Shown here: piece by piece, positions 20,321 through 28,422 of the stretch
How the letters are laid out: each line of letters opens with the position of its first letter
How positions within the stretch are numbered: position 1 is the stretch's first letter
Origin: Bacteroidota bacterium
GTDB lineage: Bacteria > Bacteroidota > Bacteroidia > Chitinophagales > UBA10324
Direction: 5' to 3'
Assembly: GCA_018267315.1 (NCBI GenBank)
Contig: JAFDYS010000050.1
Span: 123 to 64,122 of the forward strand
Length of the DNA stretch: 64,000 bases
Translations under genes and position numbers: made by a program
The notes under the pieces: generated by a model
Seen by the model: the letters and a program-made list of their open reading frames with translations, nothing else
What the model was told of the DNA's origin: nothing
The model's database searches: none

Positions 20321-20354
20321 AGGGCGGCTTCTGCGAAGCCGCCCTCATTTTTTT
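20321..20354 (+). terminator. Rho-independent terminator
   Basis: Perfect 11-bp stem AGGGCGGCTTC / GAAGCCGCCCT with a very short loop, followed by CATTTTTTT. Confidence 0.8.
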
Positions 20355-20375
20355 CTCCGCCATTACTTACCGCAC

Positions 20376-20395
20376 TTCGTCACTCAATTGACGAA
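20376..20395. promoter_or_regulatory. Candidate operator: inverted repeat TTCGTCA-N6-TGACGAA
   Basis: Perfect 7-bp inverted repeat with a 6-nt spacer, 38 nt upstream of the first gene of the Rieske/ferric-reductase cluster. No cognate regulator is identified. Confidence 0.3.
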
Positions 20396-20432
20396 ATGAA
20401 GATTTTCAATTTTTCTATTTTGCAGGGAATCC

Positions 20433-20648
20433 ATGGTAACGTCCGTAGCAACAGCCATATTGATCGCAACGCTGGTGTACCTCGCAGCGGGCTTCCTGTT
20501 TGCCATCTGGTTTGCCTTCAGCAAGGTGGATGAGCTTGATGAAGAAGCCCGGGGAGCGCCGCTGCTCTTCCGGCTCCTGATCATTCCGGCAAGCGCGCTG
20601 CTGTGGATTTATTTATTGAAACGAATCCTCGAAAAGAAAAAATCATGA
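20433..20648 (+). CDS. Small two-TM membrane protein (orphan)
   Basis: 71 aa with two hydrophobic helices (AILIATLVYLAAGFLFAIWFAF, LLFRLLIIPASALLWIYLL). Its stop overlaps the next start (ATGA at 20645). Confidence 0.55.
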   Translation: MVTSVATAILIATLVYLAAGFLFAIWFAFSKVDELDEEARGAPLLFRLLIIPASALLWIYLLKRILEKKKS

Positions 20649-21070
20649 TCGCTACTCTTCGCCGCAGGCACCGCATTATCTGGCGGGTGCTGGTTCCGAT
20701 TCTTTTCATCGGGGCCGTGAGCGGCTATATGCTGGCGCCCAAATATCCGTCGGATCAATTCGGTGTCTCACGCATCAGCTATCCGCAGTTGCTGCGCTCA
20801 GTAGTGAGTGAAAATTACATGTTCGATTTGCGAAACGGGTATGGCGGTGAAAGTATTTTGGAAGTGAAACAGATTTCGGCCATTAACCCGGTGAGCGAAC
20901 TGGTCACCATCCGCTACCGCAAAGCATCAGGCAGCGAGGTCACTCAGGAATTGGGAATGATGGGCGGCAGGAAGAAATATTCATTCAATCTGAAAACCAT
21001 TCAGCCACCATTCAGCGTGACCGTAACCGACACGATTAAACGGGTCACACTGGCTAACATTGAATTCTGA
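20645..21070 (+). CDS. N-terminally anchored hypothetical protein
   Basis: I chose the internal ATG (MIATLRRRHRIIWRVLVPILFIGAVSGYML), which is translationally coupled to the upstream gene. One TM helix, then a ~110-aa domain with no recognisable motif. Confidence 0.5.
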   Translation: MIATLRRRHRIIWRVLVPILFIGAVSGYMLAPKYPSDQFGVSRISYPQLLRSVVSENYMFDLRNGYGGESILEVKQISAINPVSELVTIRYRKASGSEVTQELGMMGGRKKYSFNLKTIQPPFSVTVTDTIKRVTLANIEF

Positions 21071-21093
21071 AAAAACACGGAAACGAAAACAGC

Positions 21094-22122
21094 ATGAGCG
21101 CGTCCTATCAGGGTGTTTTGTGGAACCGGCAAAAAAGAATTTATGATTTCGTGTTATGGAGTTTCATCGCCGTTTATATCGCGCTGTTTGCATTTCTCAA
21201 TTACCGGTTTGATCCGCGCATCACGCCGGAGACACTTTTCATCCGCGCCACGGGAACATTAGCGTTGCTGATGTTGCACGTGATTCTTTCCATCGGGCCG
21301 CTCGCACGCATTGATAAACGGTTTCTCATCCTGCTGTACAACCGGCGGCACCTGGGCGTGAGCATGTTTCTGGTTGCCGGCACGCATGGCGTGTTCAACC
21401 TTGCGCAATTTCATTCGATGGGTAATGTGAACCCCTTCGTGTCGCTATTCTCATCCAACATGCATTACACTTCGTTCATCAATTTCCCTTTCCAGGTACT
21501 TGGATTCTTTGCGCTCCTTATCCTATTCATGATGGCAGCCACCAGTCACGATTTCTGGCTAAACACACTCACCCCGCGCCTTTGGAAATCATTGCACATG
21601 TTGGTGTACGTGGCCTATGCATTGGTGATCATGCATGTGGTGCTGGGTGTGCTTCAACTCGAACATGAGCCCACTCTGTTCGGCGTATTGCTATTCGGAC
21701 TCACATGGGTTTCAGGCCTGCACCTCTATGCCGGATGGCTGGAAGGAAAACGGGATCGCGAGGCAAGTCACACCGAAGGATGGGTGGCAGTGGGAACTTC
21801 TGATGATATTGAAGACAGCCGGGCCAAAATTGTTTTTGTCGGCGGCGAACGCATTGCCGTTTTCAGATACAACGGAAAGCTTTCAGCCGTATCCAATGTG
21901 TGCAAGCATCAGAATGGTCCGCTGGGAGAGGGAAAGATCGTTGATGGTTGCATTACTTGTCCATGGCACGGATATCAGTATCGCCCGGAAGACGGTTGCG
22001 CACCGCCGCCATTTAAAGAAAAAGTTTCGACATTCAAGTTAAAGATGGTGAATGGAATTATTTATGTAAGTCCCAAACCAAATGCGGAAGGACAATTTGA
22101 AGAACCGCTGGTGATTGGGTGA
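21094..22122 (+). CDS. Ferric-reductase-like six-TM domain fused to a C-terminal Rieske [2Fe-2S] domain
   Basis: Six hydrophobic helices with intramembrane His residues (LMLHVILS, AGTHGVF, ATSHDFW, VIMHVVLG). The C-terminal CKH-x16-CPWH is a Rieske motif. Confidence 0.75.
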   Translation: MSASYQGVLWNRQKRIYDFVLWSFIAVYIALFAFLNYRFDPRITPETLFIRATGTLALLMLHVILSIGPLARIDKRFLILLYNRRHLGVSMFLVAGTHGVFNLAQFHSMGNVNPFVSLFSSNMHYTSFINFPFQVLGFFALLILFMMAATSHDFWLNTLTPRLWKSLHMLVYVAYALVIMHVVLGVLQLEHEPTLFGVLLFGLTWVSGLHLYAGWLEGKRDREASHTEGWVAVGTSDDIEDSRAKIVFVGGERIAVFRYNGKLSAVSNVCKHQNGPLGEGKIVDGCITCPWHGYQYRPEDGCAPPPFKEKVSTFKLKMVNGIIYVSPKPNAEGQFEEPLVIG

Positions 22123-22177
22123 GCAGTGAATAGTGATTAGTTTATAGCGATCAATGTGTTGAACTGATGAATTGAAG

Positions 22178-22999
22178 ATGATCATGCGGGAAAGAACACG
22201 ACAATCAAAACCATTTTACATCGGCTGGATGCCCAAAGCAGAGCCGGAATATCGCAGCTTCGTGCGCCTCGTGATTTTCGCATTAGTTGTTGTGATTATT
22301 TTCGTTTCGGTTTTTCTGGTGACCAATCAGCACGGATTTTCATCGGGCGTTTTTGAGAGAAGCAACTTCACCGAATTGGAAGGCATGCTCATTCAAAAAC
22401 CATTTCCCGCCATTAAAACATTTTACGGGAAGGACATTTACGGGAATCCGCTGGTGAAAACCATTCCCCTGGTGAACAAAGGCAAGTTCGGCGCCGATTC
22501 GCTGGTAGCGCAAATGATGGCCGCGCACCGAACCGCAGGTGATACGCTTTGGGTGAACATCAAAGGACGATTGATCTACAACCGGGGTGTGGCTTTAATG
22601 GAGCTTACTGCACAGGATGCAGCCATGCACATGATGAAAGCTCTGCCTGACGGACAAAAATTTGCTGCACCCATGGTTACTGATCTGGGAACTGCCACGC
22701 TTCAGGGACAAATTGTTGACCCCAAGTGCTATCTCGGTGTCATGAAACCGGGCGAAGGAAAACCCCATAGCGACTGCGCGATTCGTTGCATTGCCGGCGG
22801 CATTCCGCCCATGCTTCGCATTATTAATAAAGACGGTGAAGAAAATCTTTTGATCCTGAGAGGTGAGCAGGGTGAAACCATCAATAGGCAGGTGCTGAAG
22901 TTTGTGGGGCAACCGGTAACGGTATCAGGAAAAATAGAACAAGTGGATGACTGGCTGGTGATGAAAATAAATCCGCTCACTTCAATCGAAACAGAATAG
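22178..22999 (+). CDS. N-terminally anchored hypothetical protein (orphan)
   Basis: One TM helix (LVIFALVVVIIFVSVFLV). The C-terminal part has a Cys/His patch, DPKCYLGVMKPGEGKPHSDCAIRCIAGG. I chose the ATG at 22178 over the TTG at 22172. Confidence 0.55.
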   Translation: MIMRERTRQSKPFYIGWMPKAEPEYRSFVRLVIFALVVVIIFVSVFLVTNQHGFSSGVFERSNFTELEGMLIQKPFPAIKTFYGKDIYGNPLVKTIPLVNKGKFGADSLVAQMMAAHRTAGDTLWVNIKGRLIYNRGVALMELTAQDAAMHMMKALPDGQKFAAPMVTDLGTATLQGQIVDPKCYLGVMKPGEGKPHSDCAIRCIAGGIPPMLRIINKDGEENLLILRGEQGETINRQVLKFVGQPVTVSGKIEQVDDWLVMKINPLTSIETE

Positions 23000-23168
23000 C
23001 AGAGGCAGATTGAAATTTTTTTACTGCCACCTTTTCATAGTTGATTGTATTTTTCCTCCACCAAAACAGGTACAATACATGGCGGTGCCGTTACCCTTCA
23101 AACCATATTTTTTCACCTGCGCTGATACGGTATGTCACTAACCGCAGCGTTCACTTAAATCCTCCTGC

Positions 23169-24323
23169 ATGAACTACATGGAAGTGTGCTCCCTTTCTGA
23201 TTTACCTGCGCAGTCGCAAAAGATTGTGACCGTGGGTTCGGTTAAAGTGGCTCTGTTCCACTACAACAATCAGATCACCGCCATGGGCAATGCCTGCCTG
23301 CACAAAGCCGGCCCGCTCGGAATGGGAAACGTTGATTTCCGCTATGGCGATTGGTATGTGGTATGTCCCTGGCATGGCTGGGAATACCGCATCAAAGACG
23401 GCGGCGCTCCGCCGGGTTCACACGATCAGCAGGCGATGTATGAAGTGAAAGTGGAAGACGGAAAAATTCTGCTCAGCGAAAAACCCGTGGTGAAGGCCAA
23501 ACGGGCCGAACATGCTGAAAAGCCGCTGCTCGATCTGGAGAAACTGATGTATCAAACAACACCCGATTCCCTTAATGTACTCGGCATTTCAACCACGAAC
23601 CTCAATGAATCGCTTCCCCGGTTCTCCACTTCAGAAAATGCATTGGAGAAAGCACTTGACTATGCGAAAACGGAATATGGAGCAGCCACGCGGATGATCA
23701 AACTGCGCGACCTTAAGTTCCGGCACTGCGAAGGTTTTTATTCGCAGCATGAAAATGCCTGCACCTGGCCCTGCTCCATTTCTGAAATGGATCCGCACGA
23801 TGGCATGAATGAAGTGTATCGCGCCATGGTTTTGTGGGCTGATGTGCTGCTGGTGGCCTCGCCCATCCGCTGGGGAAATGCTTCTTCCCTATATTTCAAA
23901 ATGGCAGAGCGGCTGAATTGCGTGCAGAATCAGATCACGCTCAAGAACCGCGTGCTCATCAAGAACAAAGTGGCATCGTTCATCATCACCGGCGGGCAGG
24001 ATAATATTCAACAGGTGGCTGCGCAGCTCATGTGTTTCTACACCGATTTGGGATTCACTTTTCCGCCCTTCTCCTTTCTCGGCTGGAGCCGCGGCTGGAC
24101 GGCCGAAGACATGGACCGCAACATCGCCCAGTTTCAAAAATCGAAATACATTGACCGCGGTGTAAAAGAACTGGTGGACAACTGCGTTTGCCTTTCCCGC
24201 CAGATCAAAGAAAAACCGGTGGTGAAAATGAATACGCCGCTGCCGAAGATTGAAGAAGCGCCCGGCATGGCGGAAGATGATTACCGCGATGAAGAGCAAA
24301 TGCGGCTGGATCATATTTCCTGA
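23169..24323 (+). CDS. Soluble Rieske [2Fe-2S] domain fused to a flavodoxin-like NADPH-dependent FMN reductase / iron-sulfur flavoprotein-type domain
   Basis: N-terminal CLH-x20-CPWH Rieske motif. The C-terminal part resembles the FMN_red family (LNVLGISTT..., LLVASPIRWGNASS, ASFIITGGQDN) and has a Cys cluster, HCEGFYSQHENACTWPC. No signal peptide. Confidence 0.7.
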   Translation: MNYMEVCSLSDLPAQSQKIVTVGSVKVALFHYNNQITAMGNACLHKAGPLGMGNVDFRYGDWYVVCPWHGWEYRIKDGGAPPGSHDQQAMYEVKVEDGKILLSEKPVVKAKRAEHAEKPLLDLEKLMYQTTPDSLNVLGISTTNLNESLPRFSTSENALEKALDYAKTEYGAATRMIKLRDLKFRHCEGFYSQHENACTWPCSISEMDPHDGMNEVYRAMVLWADVLLVASPIRWGNASSLYFKMAERLNCVQNQITLKNRVLIKNKVASFIITGGQDNIQQVAAQLMCFYTDLGFTFPPFSFLGWSRGWTAEDMDRNIAQFQKSKYIDRGVKELVDNCVCLSRQIKEKPVVKMNTPLPKIEEAPGMAEDDYRDEEQMRLDHIS

Positions 24324-24363
24324 CACCCTCATCATTCATTTATAATTTTTTTTCAGAAAAAGA

Positions 24364-24702
24364 ATGACCATCAAAGAAGCACAGCAACAAATTGACCAGT
24401 GGATACGCACCACGGGCGTGCGCTATTTCAATGAACTCACTAACTTGGCCATGCTTACTGAAGAAGTAGGTGAAGTGGCGCGCATCATGGCGCGCCGATA
24501 CGGCGAACAATCATACAAGAAGAGCGATAAATCAAAAGAGCTCGATGATGAATTGGCCGATGTGCTGTTTGTACTGATCTGCATCGCCAATCAAACCGGA
24601 GTGGATCTTACCAAAGCACTGGAGAAAAACCTGGAGAAGAAAACCAGGCGCGACCACACGAGGCACAGGAAAAACACCAAGTTATTCGGAGACGGTAAAT
24701 AA
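24364..24702 (+). CDS. MazG-like nucleotide pyrophosphohydrolase
   Basis: LTEEVGEVARI and DELADVLFVLICIAN motifs (EExxE / DxxxD pairs). Length is 112 aa. Confidence 0.8.
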   Translation: MTIKEAQQQIDQWIRTTGVRYFNELTNLAMLTEEVGEVARIMARRYGEQSYKKSDKSKELDDELADVLFVLICIANQTGVDLTKALEKNLEKKTRRDHTRHRKNTKLFGDGK

Positions 24703-24732
24703 TTTTAGATTTACATCATAAAACAAGCACAC

Positions 24733-25092
24733 ATGAAAAAACTCTTTGCTCTCCTGTTCATGATCGGCATGGTATCGCTGGCACAGGCACAACAAACGAA
24801 TAGTACCTCCAATACGGCTGCCTCTTCTAATTGCACGATGGATACTAAATGCCATGGGGTCACCAAAGAATGTCCTACTCCCTGCATGAGTTCAAAAAAT
24901 ACTGAAAGCATGTCAAGCTCCTACTCGAATGCCGGCGCCTCAGCTAACAAGGGGGGGAAGAAAAAGAATAAAGAGAAATGCAGTGCCTCGGCCAGCTGCG
25001 GTGAAACGCAGGGAACAAAATCCTGCTGCCAGGGAGCATCAAAAGCCAAGGCCATCAACACCACGCCGGCTGAACCATCTCCGAATAAATAG
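24733..25092 (+). CDS. Small secreted Cys-, Ser- and Lys-rich low-complexity protein
   Basis: Signal peptide MKKLFALLFMIGMVSLAQAQ. The mature ~100 aa have 8 Cys, including a CC pair (NCTMDTKCHGVTKECPTPC ... KCSASASCGETQGTKSCCQG). A strong terminator follows. Confidence 0.6.
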   Translation: MKKLFALLFMIGMVSLAQAQQTNSTSNTAASSNCTMDTKCHGVTKECPTPCMSSKNTESMSSSYSNAGASANKGGKKKNKEKCSASASCGETQGTKSCCQGASKAKAINTTPAEPSPNK

Positions 25093-25112
25093 ACAACTTA
25101 ACAACACACCGG

Positions 25113-25142
25113 GCACCGGCAGCAGTTGCCGGTGCTTTTTTT
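25113..25142 (+). terminator. Rho-independent terminator
   Basis: GCACCGGCA (25113-25121) / TGCCGGTGC (25127-25135), 5-nt loop, then TTTTTTTATTTT. Confidence 0.85.
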
Positions 25143-25195
25143 ATTTTCGGGCCACGCCGCATATTGGTTATACTTGCAATCACTCAGATTTCGTC

Positions 25196-26482
25196 ATGAA
25201 AAAATTTTCGCTCCTGCTGTTCTCTTTCTTCCTGTTCGCCTCTGGCCGGGCTCAGCGCATGGTACCGGCCGGACCACAGCAAAATCCCGTGGCCATTACC
25301 GGCGGCACAGTGCACATCGGCAATGGCCAGGTGATTGAGAACGGAACCGTGGTGTTCAACAATGGCAAGATTGTGTACGCCGGAGCATCGGCCAATGCGC
25401 CTTCACTCCCCAATATTCAAACCATACGGGTTGATGGCAGGCAGGTTTACCCGGGATTAATTGCTCCCAATTCACAACTGGGGCTCAATGAAATTGAAGC
25501 CGCCAGAGCCACTAATGATTATGCAGAGGTGGGCACATTCAACCCGGGAGTGAGAAGCGTGATTGCTTACAATACTGACTCAAAGATTATTCCCACCGTT
25601 CGCTCAAACGGCATCCTGCTGGCCCAGTCAACTCCATTGGGAGGAACCATCAGCGGCACTTCATCCATCATGCAACTTGATGCTTGGAATTGGGAAGATG
25701 CGGCATATAAAACCGATGACGGCATTCATTTGTATTGGCCCGGGTATTTCACTTTTCAGTTCAAAGACAATGTGGCTTCTGTAACGCCCGGCGATCAATA
25801 TGAAAAACAAGTGAATGACATCCGACAGTATTTCACCCAGGCCAAGGCCTACAATGAAAGCACAACCCATGCAGAGCGAAACATCAACTTCGAAGCCATG
25901 AAAGGATTGTTCGATGGCACCAAGCGGTTGTATGTACATTGCGATTACGTAAGAGAGATTATTAACGCGGTGCAGTTTGCCGGCGATTTTAACCTGCATC
26001 CGGTGATTGTCGGGGGAACTGAATCGCACAAGTGCACGGAGCTGCTGAAAGAGAAAAATGTTCCTGTCATACTGGGCAACCTTCATGCGCTGCCCGGCAA
26101 TGACGATGATGAAGTGGAGTTACCTTATGAAACGGCCAACCTGCTAAACAAAGCCGGCGTGAAATATTGCCTGAGTGTGTATGGCTACTGGCAGATCAGG
26201 AATCTCCCCTTCATGGCAGGTACCAGCGCTGCCTTTGGTGTAAGTAAAGAAGACGCCTTGAAATCCATCACGTCTTCAACCGCGGAGATTCTTGGCATCA
26301 GCGATCGCACCGGCACGCTTGAAGCAGGCAAGGATGCCAACCTCATCGTTTCAACCGGTGATGTTATGGATATGAAAACAAGCAACATTGAATTTGCTTT
26401 CATACAGGGAAGGCAAATCAATCTAGATAACTCGCAGAAGCAGCTAAACGAAATCTACCTGAAGAAATACGGGCTGAAATAA
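25196..26482 (+). CDS. Periplasmic amidohydrolase-family protein with a degenerate metal-binding motif
   Basis: The start was moved to the internal Met that gives a signal peptide (MKKFSLLLFSFFLFASGRAQ). N-terminal GGTVHIGNG...YPGLI and C-terminal GTLEAGKDANLIV are typical of the family. The usual D-x-H-x-H after PGLI reads APNSQ. Confidence 0.65.
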   Translation: MKKFSLLLFSFFLFASGRAQRMVPAGPQQNPVAITGGTVHIGNGQVIENGTVVFNNGKIVYAGASANAPSLPNIQTIRVDGRQVYPGLIAPNSQLGLNEIEAARATNDYAEVGTFNPGVRSVIAYNTDSKIIPTVRSNGILLAQSTPLGGTISGTSSIMQLDAWNWEDAAYKTDDGIHLYWPGYFTFQFKDNVASVTPGDQYEKQVNDIRQYFTQAKAYNESTTHAERNINFEAMKGLFDGTKRLYVHCDYVREIINAVQFAGDFNLHPVIVGGTESHKCTELLKEKNVPVILGNLHALPGNDDDEVELPYETANLLNKAGVKYCLSVYGYWQIRNLPFMAGTSAAFGVSKEDALKSITSSTAEILGISDRTGTLEAGKDANLIVSTGDVMDMKTSNIEFAFIQGRQINLDNSQKQLNEIYLKKYGLK

Positions 26483-26490
26483 ACGGCCGC

Positions 26491-28182
26491 TTAATTTACG
26501 ACGGCACGTTTTGCCATAGATTCCGATACCACCTTATCACCGCTTTGAACGCGCAGGTAATAAAGCCCCGGCGGCCAAACTTGCCCGTTCAACGGAACTT
26601 CATTAAGCCCCGCCTGAACATTTGACTGAACGTCATACATAACCTGACCGAGGTTATTGTAAACCTGAATCCGCACATTCCCGGATTCCCCGGAAAAAAA
26701 CTCGGCGAAAAATTCATCCTGCACCGGATTGGGAGAAACCCTCAGGTGAAAAATATCACCGGTATGCCCGAGGTCGCCGGCATTAAATTTCTTTGACGTT
26801 TTCAGATAACAGGATTTTTCCAACGTGTCAATAGAGAGCGTATCAGAAAGTGCTGCGCGCATGCTGTCCAGTTTATTGCGGTATTGATCAATCAATACTG
26901 CATAAGAAGGATCATGAATCAGATTCGTGTTCTCCATTGGATCCGTGGTGAGGTCAAAGAATTCTTCAGTCACTGACTGGCACTGGTAGCTGATGTATTT
27001 GTAGTTGAAATCTCTCACACTGCGGATGGATGGCGTCGGCACATCATCGTTTCCTTCATCAGCATACAACTTAATGTTTTCATACAGCATCAGGTTGCGG
27101 TTCAGTTCGCCGGTGGCTTGCTTATGTAATGAAATTCCCTGGAAGTGATATGGGGTTGCGTCAATTCCTGCCGCTTCCAGAATGGTTGGAGCGAGATCCA
27201 CATGCAGTCCGATGCTGTTCGCGATTTCAGTACCTGGGGAAAACCAGGCCGGATAACGGATGAACATGGGCTGCCGGATGGAGGGATCGTACGCAACACC
27301 TTTGCCCGCCAGCAAATGTTCACCGTACATGGATCCATTGTCACTGGTGAAAATGATCAATGTATTGCCCAGCAAACCCCGCGACTGCAGAATGGAAAAG
27401 ATGCTGTCCATATTATCATCTATGCTTCTTACCCCCTCAAAATATTTTTCATAATCATCATTGAGCTGCACCTGAGCGAGGTAATAGCCACGCTCGTACA
27501 GAAAGGACGGGTAGTCCTTGGGATATTTGTAAAAGTCCGACGGGATTGGCATCGCTTTATTATGGTAAATACCATCATATTGCGGCTCGGGTACAATGTT
27601 TTTATGAGCCACTAAATGTCCGATGTTCATGAAAAACGGAGTGTCAATTGCTGCGAGCACCGCTTCCGAAGAATCATTAATGATCGCAGTGGTGTGTCCG
27701 TAAATAATTTTGGTGGTTCCGTTGTAGTTAAATTTTGGATCAGTGTAATCTGTTTCACCGTACTTGGAAAGCCAGTAATCCCACCCGGGCTGAGGGGTAT
27801 AGTAGGCATGAAACTTACCAATCATGGCAGTATGATAACCGGCGCCATGCAGGATGGAGGCGATGGTGGGTAATGACGAATTATACGTGGAGATGTTGTC
27901 ATAAGCGCCGTTGCTGTGCGGGTATAACCCCGTCATGATGGAACTCCTCGAAGGAATGCACAATGAATAGACGCAGAAGTAATTTTCAAAATTGGCACCT
28001 TCATTAGCAACGCGGTTAATGGATGCGCAACTAAACCAGGTGGGCCCGCCCGTGGGTCCATATGTGTCAAACCTCATATCATCGCCAATAACAAGTATGA
28101 TGTTGGGACGCGGAGACTGAGCAGAAACCAATTTAAAAGTAAAGCCGCATATCAGCAGCAATACATAATGGAGTTTATACAT
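26491..28182 (-). CDS. Sulfatase (Cys-type) with T9SS C-terminal sorting domain
   Basis: Signal peptide. NIILVIGDDMRFD and CIPSRSSIMTGLYPHSNG (CxPxR formylglycine motif). C-terminus VSPNPVQDEFFAEF...GLYYLRVQSGDKVV. Confidence 0.85.
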   Translation of the reverse strand: MYKLHYVLLLICGFTFKLVSAQSPRPNIILVIGDDMRFDTYGPTGGPTWFSCASINRVANEGANFENYFCVYSLCIPSRSSIMTGLYPHSNGAYDNISTYNSSLPTIASILHGAGYHTAMIGKFHAYYTPQPGWDYWLSKYGETDYTDPKFNYNGTTKIIYGHTTAIINDSSEAVLAAIDTPFFMNIGHLVAHKNIVPEPQYDGIYHNKAMPIPSDFYKYPKDYPSFLYERGYYLAQVQLNDDYEKYFEGVRSIDDNMDSIFSILQSRGLLGNTLIIFTSDNGSMYGEHLLAGKGVAYDPSIRQPMFIRYPAWFSPGTEIANSIGLHVDLAPTILEAAGIDATPYHFQGISLHKQATGELNRNLMLYENIKLYADEGNDDVPTPSIRSVRDFNYKYISYQCQSVTEEFFDLTTDPMENTNLIHDPSYAVLIDQYRNKLDSMRAALSDTLSIDTLEKSCYLKTSKKFNAGDLGHTGDIFHLRVSPNPVQDEFFAEFFSGESGNVRIQVYNNLGQVMYDVQSNVQAGLNEVPLNGQVWPPGLYYLRVQSGDKVVSESMAKRAVVN

Positions 28183-28422
28183 AACCGATACTTTACGGAC
28201 AAACGTACATGAAATAAAATTTCATTTCCTCAGCAAGCAAAACCACCGCTATAATGTTGGACGTTAAGTTCTTTGTGCAAATAAAAGATTGATGCACCAA
28301 GATGAGATTGCATTCAGTTTCCGGCGCTCCCGAAGTTTAGTTTATTCGGCATCCGGCTCAAAATGTTTCTGCTTTGAATCCCGGGATGCAAGTACTGCGT
28401 TTACTTTCTTTGCATAATCGAA

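Noticed and set aside
20300-20533. 77-aa plus-strand ORF upstream of and overlapping the 71-aa membrane protein gene.
   Set aside because: It starts inside the terminator hairpin of the upstream gene and encodes no hydrophobic or recognisable features. The 20433..20648 frame gives two clean TM helices and is translationally coupled to the next gene.
24929-25195. N-terminal 89-aa extension of the amidohydrolase ORF, overlapping the Cys-rich small gene.
   Set aside because: The extension is Arg/Pro-rich junk and runs through a strong terminator hairpin (25113-25142). The internal Met at 25196 gives a clean signal peptide.
28209-28225. Palindrome ATGAAAT-AAA-ATTTCAT just upstream of the sulfatase start codon.
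   Set aside because: It is short and AT-rich, so it is easily expected by chance in an AT-rich leader. No regulator or second copy was seen.
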